Sequence record: NC_048053.1
Reading direction: 5' to 3' (one strand)
Length of the DNA: 64,000 nt
Shown: in pieces, positions 20,085 to 29,135 of the stretch
How positions within the stretch are numbered: position 1 is the stretch's first letter
Layout: each line of letters opens with the position of its first letter
Made by a program: the position numbers and the translations under genes
Notes under the pieces: generated by a model
What the model saw: only the letters and a program-made list of their open reading frames with translations
Told to the model about the DNA's origin: nothing
Database searches by the model: none

Positions 20085-20429
20085 ATGTCTTCTACCACTC
20101 AAATCAATTTCGTTTTTCCTTCTCTGCATTCGTTTGAAGTAACACTCGGTTCCGGCGCTGTTGCAAATTTCTTCGGCGTTCGTGAGAACGAACAGCATTC
20201 CTTCTACGGGGAAGACGCGCTCCGCACAATGCAGAATTCAAATCTGATTGGTGCGCTGCCTCCGTTTGATCAGGCGATTGTGAATCTGCTGATCTCAAAT
20301 CAGGTTCAACGCGACGAACTTATCTATGAGCGTGCGCGTCCTCAAGTTCATTACTTCGAAGTTGAATCTGATGAACCGAATCATAATAAGCATGAAGGCG
20401 TGCTTCTTGTAATTCACCACTTCCGTTAA
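20085..20429 (+). CDS. hypothetical protein
   Basis: AAGGA Shine-Dalgarno. Confidence 0.65.
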   Translation: MSSTTQINFVFPSLHSFEVTLGSGAVANFFGVRENEQHSFYGEDALRTMQNSNLIGALPPFDQAIVNLLISNQVQRDELIYERARPQVHYFEVESDEPNHNKHEGVLLVIHHFR

Positions 20430-20510
20430 TATCGATGTGGTTGTTAAGGGCGTTCTTCTGAGCGCTCTTAGAAACCAATATCTTTTAACCCAAACACAAG
20501 GAAAAGTAAT

Positions 20511-20924
20511 ATGACATTCCCAACTCGCGGCAAAACCTACACCTTCGAACAACTCAATGATATGGAACTGCGCGATTCTCCTTTCCTGCGCTTCCGTACC
20601 AAAAACATTAATGGTGAAGATGTTATTGCCGTTATCCAAACATCGCATGTGACCGACGAACAGCTTGCATCTATTCCCGGTTTCTCTGAATCGCTTTGGA
20701 CGTTTCAGTATGAAACTGATGAGTGGATTCCTCTGTTCATGTTTGCTGAGAAATCTCCTATCGAAGATCTGGTTGATTGTGAAGAAGCAATTGATCCGTA
20801 CCGATGGGAGGAAGTTGGTGTTTATGCAACGCCGAAAGGTTTTCCGTGCGAGCAATATTATTATCGCGACGAGCACGGTGTAATTCGTCGCCGTCATGAT
20901 GGCAAACGCCACGACGAATATTAA
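20511..20924 (+). CDS. hypothetical protein
   Basis: AAGGA Shine-Dalgarno. Confidence 0.65.
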   Translation: MTFPTRGKTYTFEQLNDMELRDSPFLRFRTKNINGEDVIAVIQTSHVTDEQLASIPGFSESLWTFQYETDEWIPLFMFAEKSPIEDLVDCEEAIDPYRWEEVGVYATPKGFPCEQYYYRDEHGVIRRRHDGKRHDEY

Positions 20925-20969
20925 TCTTCTTGCCGCTCGAAAGGGCGGCATCCATTTAAGGATAAAGAA

Positions 20970-21260
20970 ATGTCTATTAGTGAAGATATGGCAAAGAACA
21001 ACGGTTCATTTACTCGCACTGAAAGCAGTACGCATTGTTGTTCACTGTGGCACATTCCGGGAATGTGTGAATATCATCGCGCAAAATCTGTTGTCGTGTT
21101 CTTCAACAACGAACAGGATGCAGAAAACTTTTGCCGTCCTAATTCAATGCCTCCGGAAATGTGCGAGGTTTACGATCTTTCAAATAAGATTTGGAACGAT
21201 CATTTTTCTATGGCTAAATACGACGAGAATGGTATCTTCTCGGATGAAAATCACTGTTAA
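20970..21260 (+). CDS. hypothetical protein
   Basis: AAGGA Shine-Dalgarno. Confidence 0.6.
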   Translation: MSISEDMAKNNGSFTRTESSTHCCSLWHIPGMCEYHRAKSVVVFFNNEQDAENFCRPNSMPPEMCEVYDLSNKIWNDHFSMAKYDENGIFSDENHC

Positions 21261-21269
21261 GGAATTGCT

Positions 21270-22061
21270 ATGAACAGCAAACTTGCTCTCATTGCCGCTA
21301 TCTGTATTGAAGCGTTTACCACGAACGAAACAGATAACATCGCCACCATTACCATTCGTGCTTTGCTGCACTCGGCAAACATCACAATCACGCCGACCAC
21401 AATCACTTTTGAAAGTGAAGATTTTTCAGATGACTGTGTTATCACTGCTGAACTTTCTTGTGCTGACGAAAACATTCGAATTCACTCTAAGGTATCTGAT
21501 GAATTCGCAGATGATTTTGAAAGCGATGATGAACGCACTGTTGTTTTTGCCGAAGCAACACACGCACTTCAATTTGTGTGTTCGCAGTTGGCAGGTTTAA
21601 CTCTCGATCCTGAATTCAGTATTGTTCCTCTGGAAGATTCTCGGATAAGTGGCATGAGAACTTCCGGCGACTCGCTTTCCGAAGATAGCGAAGAAGATGC
21701 TTATGAAAACATGTTTGATCAAATCGGCGGATCTGATTTTCTTCAAACAAAACGCACAAGTTTCTTGGATAAGCATTTTGGTTCTGCTGCTTTTATCAAA
21801 ATGTGCAGTGAACTCGAAGTGCCTCCGTTCGAAAACAAGCAGGCTGCGTTGGCTTACTTTGAACTCAAGGAGAATGATCCTGAATTGCAGGAGAGCGTTG
21901 TTGATACATTCGAAATGTACATGGAATTGGATACTTCCAGCTACGCTTGGGATGACTATTACGATTTGATGGAATCTATCATTGAAGAGATAGATAAAAA
22001 GCTCAAAGCAAAAAGTGATCGTAAATGTCTGCTGCGTCGCATAGGGGAATGGTTATCATGA
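21270..22061 (+). CDS. hypothetical acidic protein
   Basis: 263 aa ORF with AAGGA Shine-Dalgarno. Confidence 0.7.
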   Translation: MNSKLALIAAICIEAFTTNETDNIATITIRALLHSANITITPTTITFESEDFSDDCVITAELSCADENIRIHSKVSDEFADDFESDDERTVVFAEATHALQFVCSQLAGLTLDPEFSIVPLEDSRISGMRTSGDSLSEDSEEDAYENMFDQIGGSDFLQTKRTSFLDKHFGSAAFIKMCSELEVPPFENKQAALAYFELKENDPELQESVVDTFEMYMELDTSSYAWDDYYDLMESIIEEIDKKLKAKSDRKCLLRRIGEWLS

Positions 22062-22375
22062 ATAGTTTCAATGATTATCTCGTTGCACTTACCTGTCTGA
22101 TTGCCGCAATAACGGTGATTAATATAATCAATCCAGAAGTGCGCTACGGCTTGTTGCGTTTCTTTACTGGGGATTCTACTGACGCAATCCAGAAAGATTT
22201 TTGGGATCATGCCTTGAATGTCCCTATAGGAATGCGCTGGGGCGCACTCTGTGAACAGGTTGAGGAAGGAAGGCTTTCTTTCCCGGTAAAAATCAATCCT
22301 ATCTACATTGATAAAAATCTTGAATCCGTTCCTCAAGAAGTTGTTGATAGGATTAACGCGAGAAAGCTGCAATAA
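22058..22375 (+). CDS. hypothetical protein with N-terminal TM helix
   Basis: ATGA overlap with the upstream stop. Hydrophobic N-terminus. Confidence 0.6.
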   Translation: MNSFNDYLVALTCLIAAITVINIINPEVRYGLLRFFTGDSTDAIQKDFWDHALNVPIGMRWGALCEQVEEGRLSFPVKINPIYIDKNLESVPQEVVDRINARKLQ

Positions 22376-22489
22376 AGAAACAAAGCGTATTCCTGTGATG
22401 CACTGACTGCGCAGAAGATCCTGAACAAAGAAAGATTGATTAAAACTGCGCAGGTTTCGGCCTGCGTAAAACTGAAATGGAGATTTGTT

Positions 22490-23161
22490 ATGATTCCTGC
22501 TACTCGCGTACCAACAACCGAAGGCAAATTCTTTAACATCGACAATCGCTGGCAAGAGCGCTATATTTTCGTTCTGCCAGTTAAAATTCTCAAGGAAGGT
22601 TCTGAGCCTAAACCTATCTTTATTTTAGTGCAAGCCGACAAAGATACGCCCCGCGCAATTCATGAATATGTGTTTCCTTCTTTGCATGTTCATTATTCTG
22701 ATGAAGGAATTGCAAGTATCGAAGCTGTCCGTTTGGCGGTTCGTGCTCGTCTGTTTTTCCCGTTACCTTATGTAACCAGTCCTTTTGCATACATGGGTAT
22801 GCTTCCGGATGTACGCGCAGCAAGAGAAGGAGAACATTTTCTTGTTCCTTTTCTGTGTGAACAGGATGGATTATTTTCTCATAAAAATGCAGCGCGTCCG
22901 GCAATTAAGGTTTTAGCGGATTCAAACACACGTCTGTATTCGCCGGAAGTTGATCGTTTCTACTCTGAGACTCTTCCTTTATGGGAAGATCCTGTCGATA
23001 GTTCGTGGACGGATATCTGTAAATCTATTTCTGAGGGACGCATTGAATTAGATTTCAATTGTCCTGTTCCTTCCGAATTTCTGCAAATGGAAAGCGATAT
23101 AATTCCGCAAGAACTTGTCCACCACGTTTTAACTGAGCGCCGGAAAAGGAACATGTTATGA
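22490..23161 (+). CDS. hypothetical protein (start ATG 22490)
   Basis: GGAG Shine-Dalgarno, in frame with ORF 22436..23161. Confidence 0.65.
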   Translation: MIPATRVPTTEGKFFNIDNRWQERYIFVLPVKILKEGSEPKPIFILVQADKDTPRAIHEYVFPSLHVHYSDEGIASIEAVRLAVRARLFFPLPYVTSPFAYMGMLPDVRAAREGEHFLVPFLCEQDGLFSHKNAARPAIKVLADSNTRLYSPEVDRFYSETLPLWEDPVDSSWTDICKSISEGRIELDFNCPVPSEFLQMESDIIPQELVHHVLTERRKRNML

Positions 23162-23376
23162 ATCCATTACATGCCAGTCAAACCGCGTTCTACGTTCTTG
23201 GTTCAATCACGCTGCTGGCGCATCTTTTCTCTCTTGTGTATCGGTATATGAAGATTGTTGAAATGCGTCAGAAGCGTCGTGCAAAAATTGCAAAACAGAA
23301 AACGCCTCTTGATAAACTTCGCTCTCGCTTGAAGCAGGCGAAACGTGAGGCGTACTATCGACCGAAGAAACTCTAA
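23158..23376 (+). CDS. small membrane-anchored basic protein
   Basis: N-terminal TM helix, K/R-rich tail, ATGA overlap. Confidence 0.6.
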   Translation: MNPLHASQTAFYVLGSITLLAHLFSLVYRYMKIVEMRQKRRAKIAKQKTPLDKLRSRLKQAKREAYYRPKKL

Positions 23377-23385
23377 GGATAAATA

Positions 23386-23592
23386 ATGAGAACAAGTTTG
23401 TCTGTTGCGATCATGGCGATTCTAGCTGATCACCTTAACGTCAAAGTAGTGTGTCCACAAAGCGATGAAGAAGCGACGTGCGGTTGGTTCGAGCGTGAGG
23501 ATAATAAAAGACCTGCACCACACTGGCAGACGCGAGCGCAATACAAGAAACTTGTCTTACCTAAGAGGTCACGTAAATCTAAACGGAGATAA
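23386..23592 (+). CDS. hypothetical small protein
   Basis: AAGGA Shine-Dalgarno. Confidence 0.6.
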   Translation: MRTSLSVAIMAILADHLNVKVVCPQSDEEATCGWFEREDNKRPAPHWQTRAQYKKLVLPKRSRKSKRR

Positions 23593-23594
23593 CC

Positions 23595-23801
23595 ATGAAA
23601 CAGTACGGAGAAAAAATTCTCGGATTACTTTGGTTTTTCGCTGCTCTTGCTGCTGGATTATTTTTTATTTTCTGGCTGAAAGAAAATCCCCCTGTTCGCA
23701 CCGCTCGCTATGTTGCGATCTGTGTAGGCTTTATCGCGCTCTTGGTTATGACAAGCCAGCGCTCTTATTTCTATTTCAGAAAAGAGAGAAATCGCAGATG
23801 A
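23595..23801 (+). CDS. small two-TM membrane protein
   Basis: GGAG Shine-Dalgarno, two hydrophobic segments. Confidence 0.6.
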   Translation: MKQYGEKILGLLWFFAALAAGLFFIFWLKENPPVRTARYVAICVGFIALLVMTSQRSYFYFRKERNRR

Positions 23802-24298
23802 ATACTTTGGCAACTCTGCTTTCAAGCATGGCTGAAATTGTCGCTAATCATGAAACCATGAGCGAAGATGAAGCACGCAATTTGTATTTCCGCCGCATTG
23901 CAAATGTGCGTGCCAAACTGTCTCGCAATTTAGATAGCACTTGGGATGATGACTCGCGTTCCTTGTTCGAGAGTTTGGAATCTGCTCGCACTCTTTCTGA
24001 GAACATAAAAGATTTTATCGCGTATCGAATCATTTTCTTTTGCGAAAAACGATTCAAAGATTTTGATTGGTCTTCAATGTCTGTAAGAGATCTACAGGCA
24101 TGGGGTTTTGTTCCCGCTGGCTTTACGCAGAACTCAAACTTTCCTATGCTGCGCATTCCTCTCTATCTGGTTCCTGTTTTTCCAAAAGGCGTTGTGGTCA
24201 TGAAAGAATCTATGGACGTTGGTTATCCGTGGACAGGCCGCGAGGACTTCACTTATTCAAACGGCACCATTGATTATCGTCTGGTGTTAAGGAATTAA
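23798..24298 (+). CDS. hypothetical protein (start ATG 23798)
   Basis: ATGA overlap. The upstream part of ORF 23465 overlaps two other genes. Confidence 0.65.
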   Translation: MNTLATLLSSMAEIVANHETMSEDEARNLYFRRIANVRAKLSRNLDSTWDDDSRSLFESLESARTLSENIKDFIAYRIIFFCEKRFKDFDWSSMSVRDLQAWGFVPAGFTQNSNFPMLRIPLYLVPVFPKGVVVMKESMDVGYPWTGREDFTYSNGTIDYRLVLRN

Positions 24299-24299
24299 A

Positions 24300-25016
24300 A
24301 TGGCAAACCTTCTTAAACAGTGTGAACGAAAATTTATCTTTGCAGCCAACGCGGAATCCATGTCTGCAATGAGCTACACGATCCATACTGCTGAAAAATT
24401 GGATTGTGGTAAGAAAGAAATTTACGTTGGCCTGCATTTCCAGCACGAAACAAAAGTGACTATTCATAACGAGGCCGCAATTCCTTTGAATGGTTTCGTT
24501 CGCAAACTGCGACTTCTGCATACCAAACTGATTGAGATTGTTGACGCAATGCGCGATGAGAAGCCCGTTTGTTTCCGCGTGTGGCTCGATCAGGATGTGA
24601 AATATTTCACATCCTCTATTTGTGCAATGATTGGAGATAATGGATACGGTTTTGTTGAATTGTCTTCTTGCACAAAGACAATTCGTTTCAATCTGGACGA
24701 GCACGAAGAAATGCGTATCGGCTTTATCAACATGGCACTCTTCATTGCTGATCTTATCGGATTGTTGCAGACTCGCTACAGTAAATATTTTATTGACGTA
24801 GAAAAACTGCGTAAAAGTATTCCTAGATTGAAGCGTGTTTTCGCCGAACATGTTTCTGTCTATAACGTGAAAACCAAAGATGAATTCGAAAAAGCACTGG
24901 AGAAATTCATCTTAAAAGAATCGCGCGGCGACAATGATGCTACTTCTCTTCTGTACGAAGAGTTGGAACAGTACGCCGAAGAACTTCGAATTGAAAACGA
25001 AAATTGGGAACTCTGA
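24300..25016 (+). CDS. hypothetical protein
   Basis: AAGGA Shine-Dalgarno, 238 aa. Confidence 0.7.
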   Translation: MANLLKQCERKFIFAANAESMSAMSYTIHTAEKLDCGKKEIYVGLHFQHETKVTIHNEAAIPLNGFVRKLRLLHTKLIEIVDAMRDEKPVCFRVWLDQDVKYFTSSICAMIGDNGYGFVELSSCTKTIRFNLDEHEEMRIGFINMALFIADLIGLLQTRYSKYFIDVEKLRKSIPRLKRVFAEHVSVYNVKTKDEFEKALEKFILKESRGDNDATSLLYEELEQYAEELRIENENWEL

Positions 25017-25258
25017 TGGACAGACACTGCCGTGCTTTTGATCTAATCGTTCAGGAACTCAAGCGGGAATTACGCAGTGAAAATATTTCCCCTGAGAAGT
25101 TCGCTCGTATCGAAAAAGCTCTTACTGACCTGCGCGATCTGCATATCTATCAGGCGGTAGAGTCTGGACTTGATCATAAAAATATCGCGCTTGGTTACAG
25201 CATGAGTACAGGGCGCGTTACTCAAACTCACAATTCAATGAAAAGGAAGTTCCCTTGA
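25016..25258 (+). CDS. small protein with possible C-terminal HTH
   Basis: GLDHKNIALGYSMSTGRVTQ has an HTH-like pattern. Confidence 0.45.
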   Translation: MDRHCRAFDLIVQELKRELRSENISPEKFARIEKALTDLRDLHIYQAVESGLDHKNIALGYSMSTGRVTQTHNSMKRKFP

Positions 25259-25716
25259 ACACTTTTCTAATGTTACCTACTGAACATAATCTGGCTTACG
25301 CTTTTGGACACAAACAATTCAATAAGACAGATTCTGATTTAAATTTCTGGCGAGCGCATTTTAGTTCGCCTCGACTTATGGATGTTCGTTCCCATAAAAG
25401 TTTAGGCGCTCCGCAAGTTGGTTATTCTTTTATGAGCGATCATTCTATGCTCTGCGATAACCGATTTAAAACTGAGGCCATCACATATACAAATATGATG
25501 TGGCACAATTCGCTTGATAGTTTTCGCACTGATGATCCGAACTACCCTTATGTTGTTCAGATCTGGAGTGTGGAACCTAAAGAAATGTCTGAGCGGTTTT
25601 TAGCTGCTGCTGTTATTCTTTCCTTCACGGATTATGATCTCTCTGATCCGCGCACTGGAATTGCTGTCAATGAAATGGCATTGAAGTTTGACCTGCCTTT
25701 AAAACCTTTGGAGTGA
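25255..25716 (+). CDS. hypothetical protein
   Basis: Overlapping start and stop with its neighbours. Confidence 0.6.
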   Translation: MNTFLMLPTEHNLAYAFGHKQFNKTDSDLNFWRAHFSSPRLMDVRSHKSLGAPQVGYSFMSDHSMLCDNRFKTEAITYTNMMWHNSLDSFRTDDPNYPYVVQIWSVEPKEMSERFLAAAVILSFTDYDLSDPRTGIAVNEMALKFDLPLKPLE

Positions 25717-26339
25717 TTATGTCTCATCTGTTCACGCTGACGCACCGTAGACAAAAACAGAAACCATCGAATCACGAACATTACCACGGCGATTTCTGTG
25801 AGAAACAGTATCTGATTGGAATGCGTCTCTCTGCTTATGCAAAAGAACTGCGCAAACAGATCAAGTTTAAACGCAACTCTATCGAAACGCTGCGTAGGCA
25901 TCTTTGCAAAAGCGATAATCACGAACTTTATTGGAAAGAAGTTCGTGACGCCAAAAACAATCCTGTAACTCTTTCTGAGTTACGGGCTGAATTAGCGAAG
26001 ACGGAAGCAATGCTCCGCACGGTTAAAGTTAACTATGAACTTGCCTTCATGGTTTCTCGGTCATTTGACCGCACGCATATTAAGAATAGAATCGTGTGGG
26101 AATCTCATCGCCTCGGAAAGAAAGTTTTCGATGCTGAGTTTCAAACAGATTTGATAATCGGAATTGCAAGCGCTAAAGATTCAGAAATCTCTGCGGTTCA
26201 AACCAAAATTCTGAAAGGTCGTGAAGTTCACTGTTCGAGTGGCGCATTCTTTTCGCTGCCTCCAGAAAATGAATTCGGAAAGCATTTGCAGTTTCCCGTA
26301 ACTCACACAATTCGCATGACAGCTAAAGGTGAAAAATGA
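25713..26339 (+). CDS. hypothetical protein
   Basis: 208 aa ORF. Confidence 0.65.
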   Translation: MIMSHLFTLTHRRQKQKPSNHEHYHGDFCEKQYLIGMRLSAYAKELRKQIKFKRNSIETLRRHLCKSDNHELYWKEVRDAKNNPVTLSELRAELAKTEAMLRTVKVNYELAFMVSRSFDRTHIKNRIVWESHRLGKKVFDAEFQTDLIIGIASAKDSEISAVQTKILKGREVHCSSGAFFSLPPENEFGKHLQFPVTHTIRMTAKGEK

Positions 26340-26878
26340 AAGGCAGAAGTGTTGGCGTAACTTTAACTTATTTTCTTCGACACAATCCTGCGCAGATCGG
26401 ATTGGAAATGGATTCGCAAGGTTGGGTCGATGCTCGCGATTTGGTGAACAAGTGCGATAAGCTGATTGATATGGATCAGCTAATCTCTATTGTGAAAAAT
26501 GACGAGAAACGTCGCTTCGAATTTACAGACGATTTTAAAAAGATTCGTTGCGCACAAGGTCACTCGCTCGACTTCGTGAAAATTGATTATGAGTCTTTAG
26601 TGCCTCCGGATATTCTTTATCACGGAACCAACATCAATAACGTTAACGATATTCTGATTAACGGCGTGCGCAGTATGAATCGAAATCTGGTTCATCTTTC
26701 TCACGATTGGGTAACGGCTGAAAATGTCGGTTCGCGGAAGAAAGCTGTTTGCCGTGTTCTCTACATTAATGCGCGTGCGATGCACGATGCTGGCTATAAG
26801 CTGTATCGCTCAAACAACGGCGTATGGCTAACGGATTTCGTGCCGCCTGAGTTTATCCGGGCAGACAAACCCGCGTAA
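26336..26878 (+). CDS. kptA: RNA 2'-phosphotransferase (Tpt1/KptA family)
   Basis: LRH, DSQGWV, KRRFEF, IRCAQGHS, LYHGT, MNRNLVHLS and NGVWLTDFVPPEFI are canonical Tpt1 motifs. Confidence 0.93.
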   Translation: MKGRSVGVTLTYFLRHNPAQIGLEMDSQGWVDARDLVNKCDKLIDMDQLISIVKNDEKRRFEFTDDFKKIRCAQGHSLDFVKIDYESLVPPDILYHGTNINNVNDILINGVRSMNRNLVHLSHDWVTAENVGSRKKAVCRVLYINARAMHDAGYKLYRSNNGVWLTDFVPPEFIRADKPA

Positions 26879-26935
26879 CTCCGCAAATCCTTGTCCAAAA
26901 ATCCGCTGTCTTTCCCTAAGCCTTTCCTGTATTCT
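26877..26935 (+). promoter_or_regulatory. box-type promoter (GCAAA 26883, -10 TATTCT 26930)
   Basis: Member of the 10-copy family. Confidence 0.8.
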
Positions 26936-26982
26936 ATAGGGGAAGGCTTTTCTCATTTAAACCCCAAATTAAAGGATTACTT

Positions 26983-27813
26983 ATGAAACCGTTAACTACT
27001 CCTGCTGAACTTCCCTCTTTCATGAAAGAGGCGTTTGACGAACTGACAGATGCTGTCGGAACCGTAGTCGAAAAACACGGCCTGACCAATGACGAATTGA
27101 TCGTTTATTTCGGAACTGGTTTTGCTCGTCTGATTGCGGATAACGGTCAAACCGAACACACCGTTATCATGAATACAACTTTGCCCGTTCGTGTTGGTCT
27201 TTTGGATGCCCACGAAGATTCCATTGAAAGAATGGATATGGTTGATCGTGTTGACGATGAAACAATCGCTATCGCAACAAGCAAACTTACGGCGCAGGTT
27301 TTCTCAAAACCGGAAATTGCACGTAACTGGTTAAAGTTTTATCTCTGCACAAATAAAGACGAAGCGTTTCCGAAAAAACCGAACAAAACCGTAGCGCTTC
27401 CGACCGATGTTATTGTGCGTTTACTTTCTGTCGATGCGATTGATATTGAATCTGTCGATATGGCAGTTATGCGTGATTTGCTTGTTGATGTTCTTCCGGA
27501 TCGCAAAGAAGAATTTCCTCGCATGAATCGTATGATGCTTACTGAGGAACTCGTTGAATATCTCAACGGCGTTAAACAGCCTCTGTGTGAGCCGCTGAAT
27601 TTCCATTCTATTGCTCGCACGATTGCGTCTGCGCTCAACATCACTATTAGCTGTGGTCGTGATACGGATCAGTATGATGTGCCTAAACCTGAAATGGTTT
27701 ATGTGTTATCGAAACTTCTTCCGTTCCGTGCTGAACAGCTTACGCACCTGAGCGAAGAACAGTTGAAACGCCTTGTGCGCAATATTGCGATGAGCAATAG
27801 AAATAAAGATTAA
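26983..27813 (+). CDS. hypothetical protein with HeH-like helical repeats
   Basis: First gene after the conserved promoter box. Contains DMAVMRDLLVDVL...MNRMMLTEELVEYL. Confidence 0.65.
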   Translation: MKPLTTPAELPSFMKEAFDELTDAVGTVVEKHGLTNDELIVYFGTGFARLIADNGQTEHTVIMNTTLPVRVGLLDAHEDSIERMDMVDRVDDETIAIATSKLTAQVFSKPEIARNWLKFYLCTNKDEAFPKKPNKTVALPTDVIVRLLSVDAIDIESVDMAVMRDLLVDVLPDRKEEFPRMNRMMLTEELVEYLNGVKQPLCEPLNFHSIARTIASALNITISCGRDTDQYDVPKPEMVYVLSKLLPFRAEQLTHLSEEQLKRLVRNIAMSNRNKD

Positions 27814-27854
27814 ACAATCTGCACGATTCCTCTTGTCCAATGTAAGGAGAAATA

Positions 27855-28112
27855 ATGGCTGTAGGTTTTACAAAAGATGATGGTGTACACGACACTATCG
27901 AAAGCAACACTCAAAATGAAATTGATTTTGCTCGCGCTCAACTTATGGGCGCTGGAAGCAAACATTGTTTGGAGTGTGGGCAAGAAATTCCAGAAGCACG
28001 CCGCAAAGTAATGCCTAACGCAAAATATTGCGTAGCCCATCAAGCGGAGCATGACGGTTCTTCTTACTCGTATTACAATCGTCGTGGAAGCAAAGATTCT
28101 CAACTGAGGTGA
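27855..28112 (+). CDS. ybiI: DksA/TraR-family C4 zinc-finger protein, YbiI-like
   Basis: CLECGQEIPEARR...YCVAH. The C-terminal YNRRGSKDSQLR matches my recollection of E. coli YbiI. Confidence 0.85.
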   Translation: MAVGFTKDDGVHDTIESNTQNEIDFARAQLMGAGSKHCLECGQEIPEARRKVMPNAKYCVAHQAEHDGSSYSYYNRRGSKDSQLR

Positions 28113-28114
28113 TT

Positions 28115-28252
28115 ATGTCTGATCAAGAACAGCCGTATTCTCGCTGCACTGATTGCGGGGAAGATATTGAAGAAGGTGAAGTGTATGGCGAGTGGGATGA
28201 TTTGTGCGAGTCCTGCTACTATCAACGCGAACGAGAAGGAAGGGGATCATAA
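28115..28252 (+). CDS. 45 aa CxxC-CxxC zinc-finger microprotein (MSDQEQPYSRCTDCGEDIEEGEVYGEWDDLCESCYYQREREGRGS)
   Basis: GAGGTGA Shine-Dalgarno. Its TAA overlaps the next ATG. Not in the ORF track. Confidence 0.65.
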   Translation: MSDQEQPYSRCTDCGEDIEEGEVYGEWDDLCESCYYQREREGRGS

Positions 28253-28674
28253 TGTACCATCGAGTAATTGAACAGCCTGAGCCTGTTTCGCCAAAGCAGT
28301 TTCAAGACCTGAAAACGGAACAGAAGAAAGAACAAGAAACTTTTATTCGCAGAGCAATCAAGCGTGCTAATACTTGTCTGCTTGAAATTGCAGGCGGTGA
28401 AACTCCTTCGCCTTACTATGGTCGCGATAAAAACTATCCAAAAGAAATGGCAGAATATGCCGAATGGTTAGAAAGCGACTACGCACAAAAAGAATTCGAT
28501 TTGGTTCCCGGCTTAATTCATCTTGAGTTATGCCACCTTGACTGTATCGATCCTCCCAAAGTTTACGCCGAACTGCGCCAGCGTTTCATCGATGCAGGTT
28601 GGGGCGAAAGCACACGGGTGCATAAACGTGCTGGCCCTGAAAACATGGTATGGGTTAGTTTGGACGAAATCTAA
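28252..28674 (+). CDS. hypothetical protein (start ATG 28252)
   Basis: TAATG overlap. Confidence 0.65.
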   Translation: MYHRVIEQPEPVSPKQFQDLKTEQKKEQETFIRRAIKRANTCLLEIAGGETPSPYYGRDKNYPKEMAEYAEWLESDYAQKEFDLVPGLIHLELCHLDCIDPPKVYAELRQRFIDAGWGESTRVHKRAGPENMVWVSLDEI

Positions 28675-28691
28675 TTGTAGGAATTAGAATA

Positions 28692-29102
28692 ATGGCAGAC
28701 AAGATTATTGTTACAGCCCGCGAACTTAAAATTCTCGGCAGTCAGTACACTATCCTTTTTATGAAGGATGGAATCTATATCGACGTAGAAAAATTCTGGA
28801 AAGAAAACTGCAATATGCGCAGTGATCTTTTCCCGCCGCCTGAATATCAGATTGGCCTTTTAGCTGCTTTCGGTGATGCGATTCAGGAAATTCATATTTG
28901 CCCGCTTGAAAAACTTCACTCCGCTTTGGCATCTATTCCCGGCGGTCATCACGGTTGGCGTGACTACATTTCAAATTCAAAACTTGATCGCATGTTAAAT
29001 ATAGTCGATTCAATTTCCGATCTGGAATGTTTTGGAACAACGGGAACTCTTTATCTGAACTCGGATACAGTCAATAGCGGTTGGGAATACGGATATCTGT
29101 AA
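28692..29102 (+). CDS. hypothetical protein
   Basis: AGGA Shine-Dalgarno. Confidence 0.65.
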   Translation: MADKIIVTARELKILGSQYTILFMKDGIYIDVEKFWKENCNMRSDLFPPPEYQIGLLAAFGDAIQEIHICPLEKLHSALASIPGGHHGWRDYISNSKLDRMLNIVDSISDLECFGTTGTLYLNSDTVNSGWEYGYL

Positions 29103-29105
29103 ATA
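29095..29105 (+). promoter_or_regulatory. CTGTAAATA motif upstream of uvsE
   Basis: Recurrent motif overlapping the upstream stop codon. Confidence 0.5.
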
Positions 29106-29135
29106 GTTATAGAACGTTTTATTCTGAGGTAGTAA

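Noticed and set aside
23465-23797. N-terminal extension of ORF 23465..24298
   Set aside because: It overlaps two better-supported genes. The true start is probably ATG 23798.
27811-27850. Partial match to the promoter box (CTGCAC...TTGTCCAA)
   Set aside because: Spacing between the half-sites is wrong, and there is no -10 at +47, which falls inside the next CDS.
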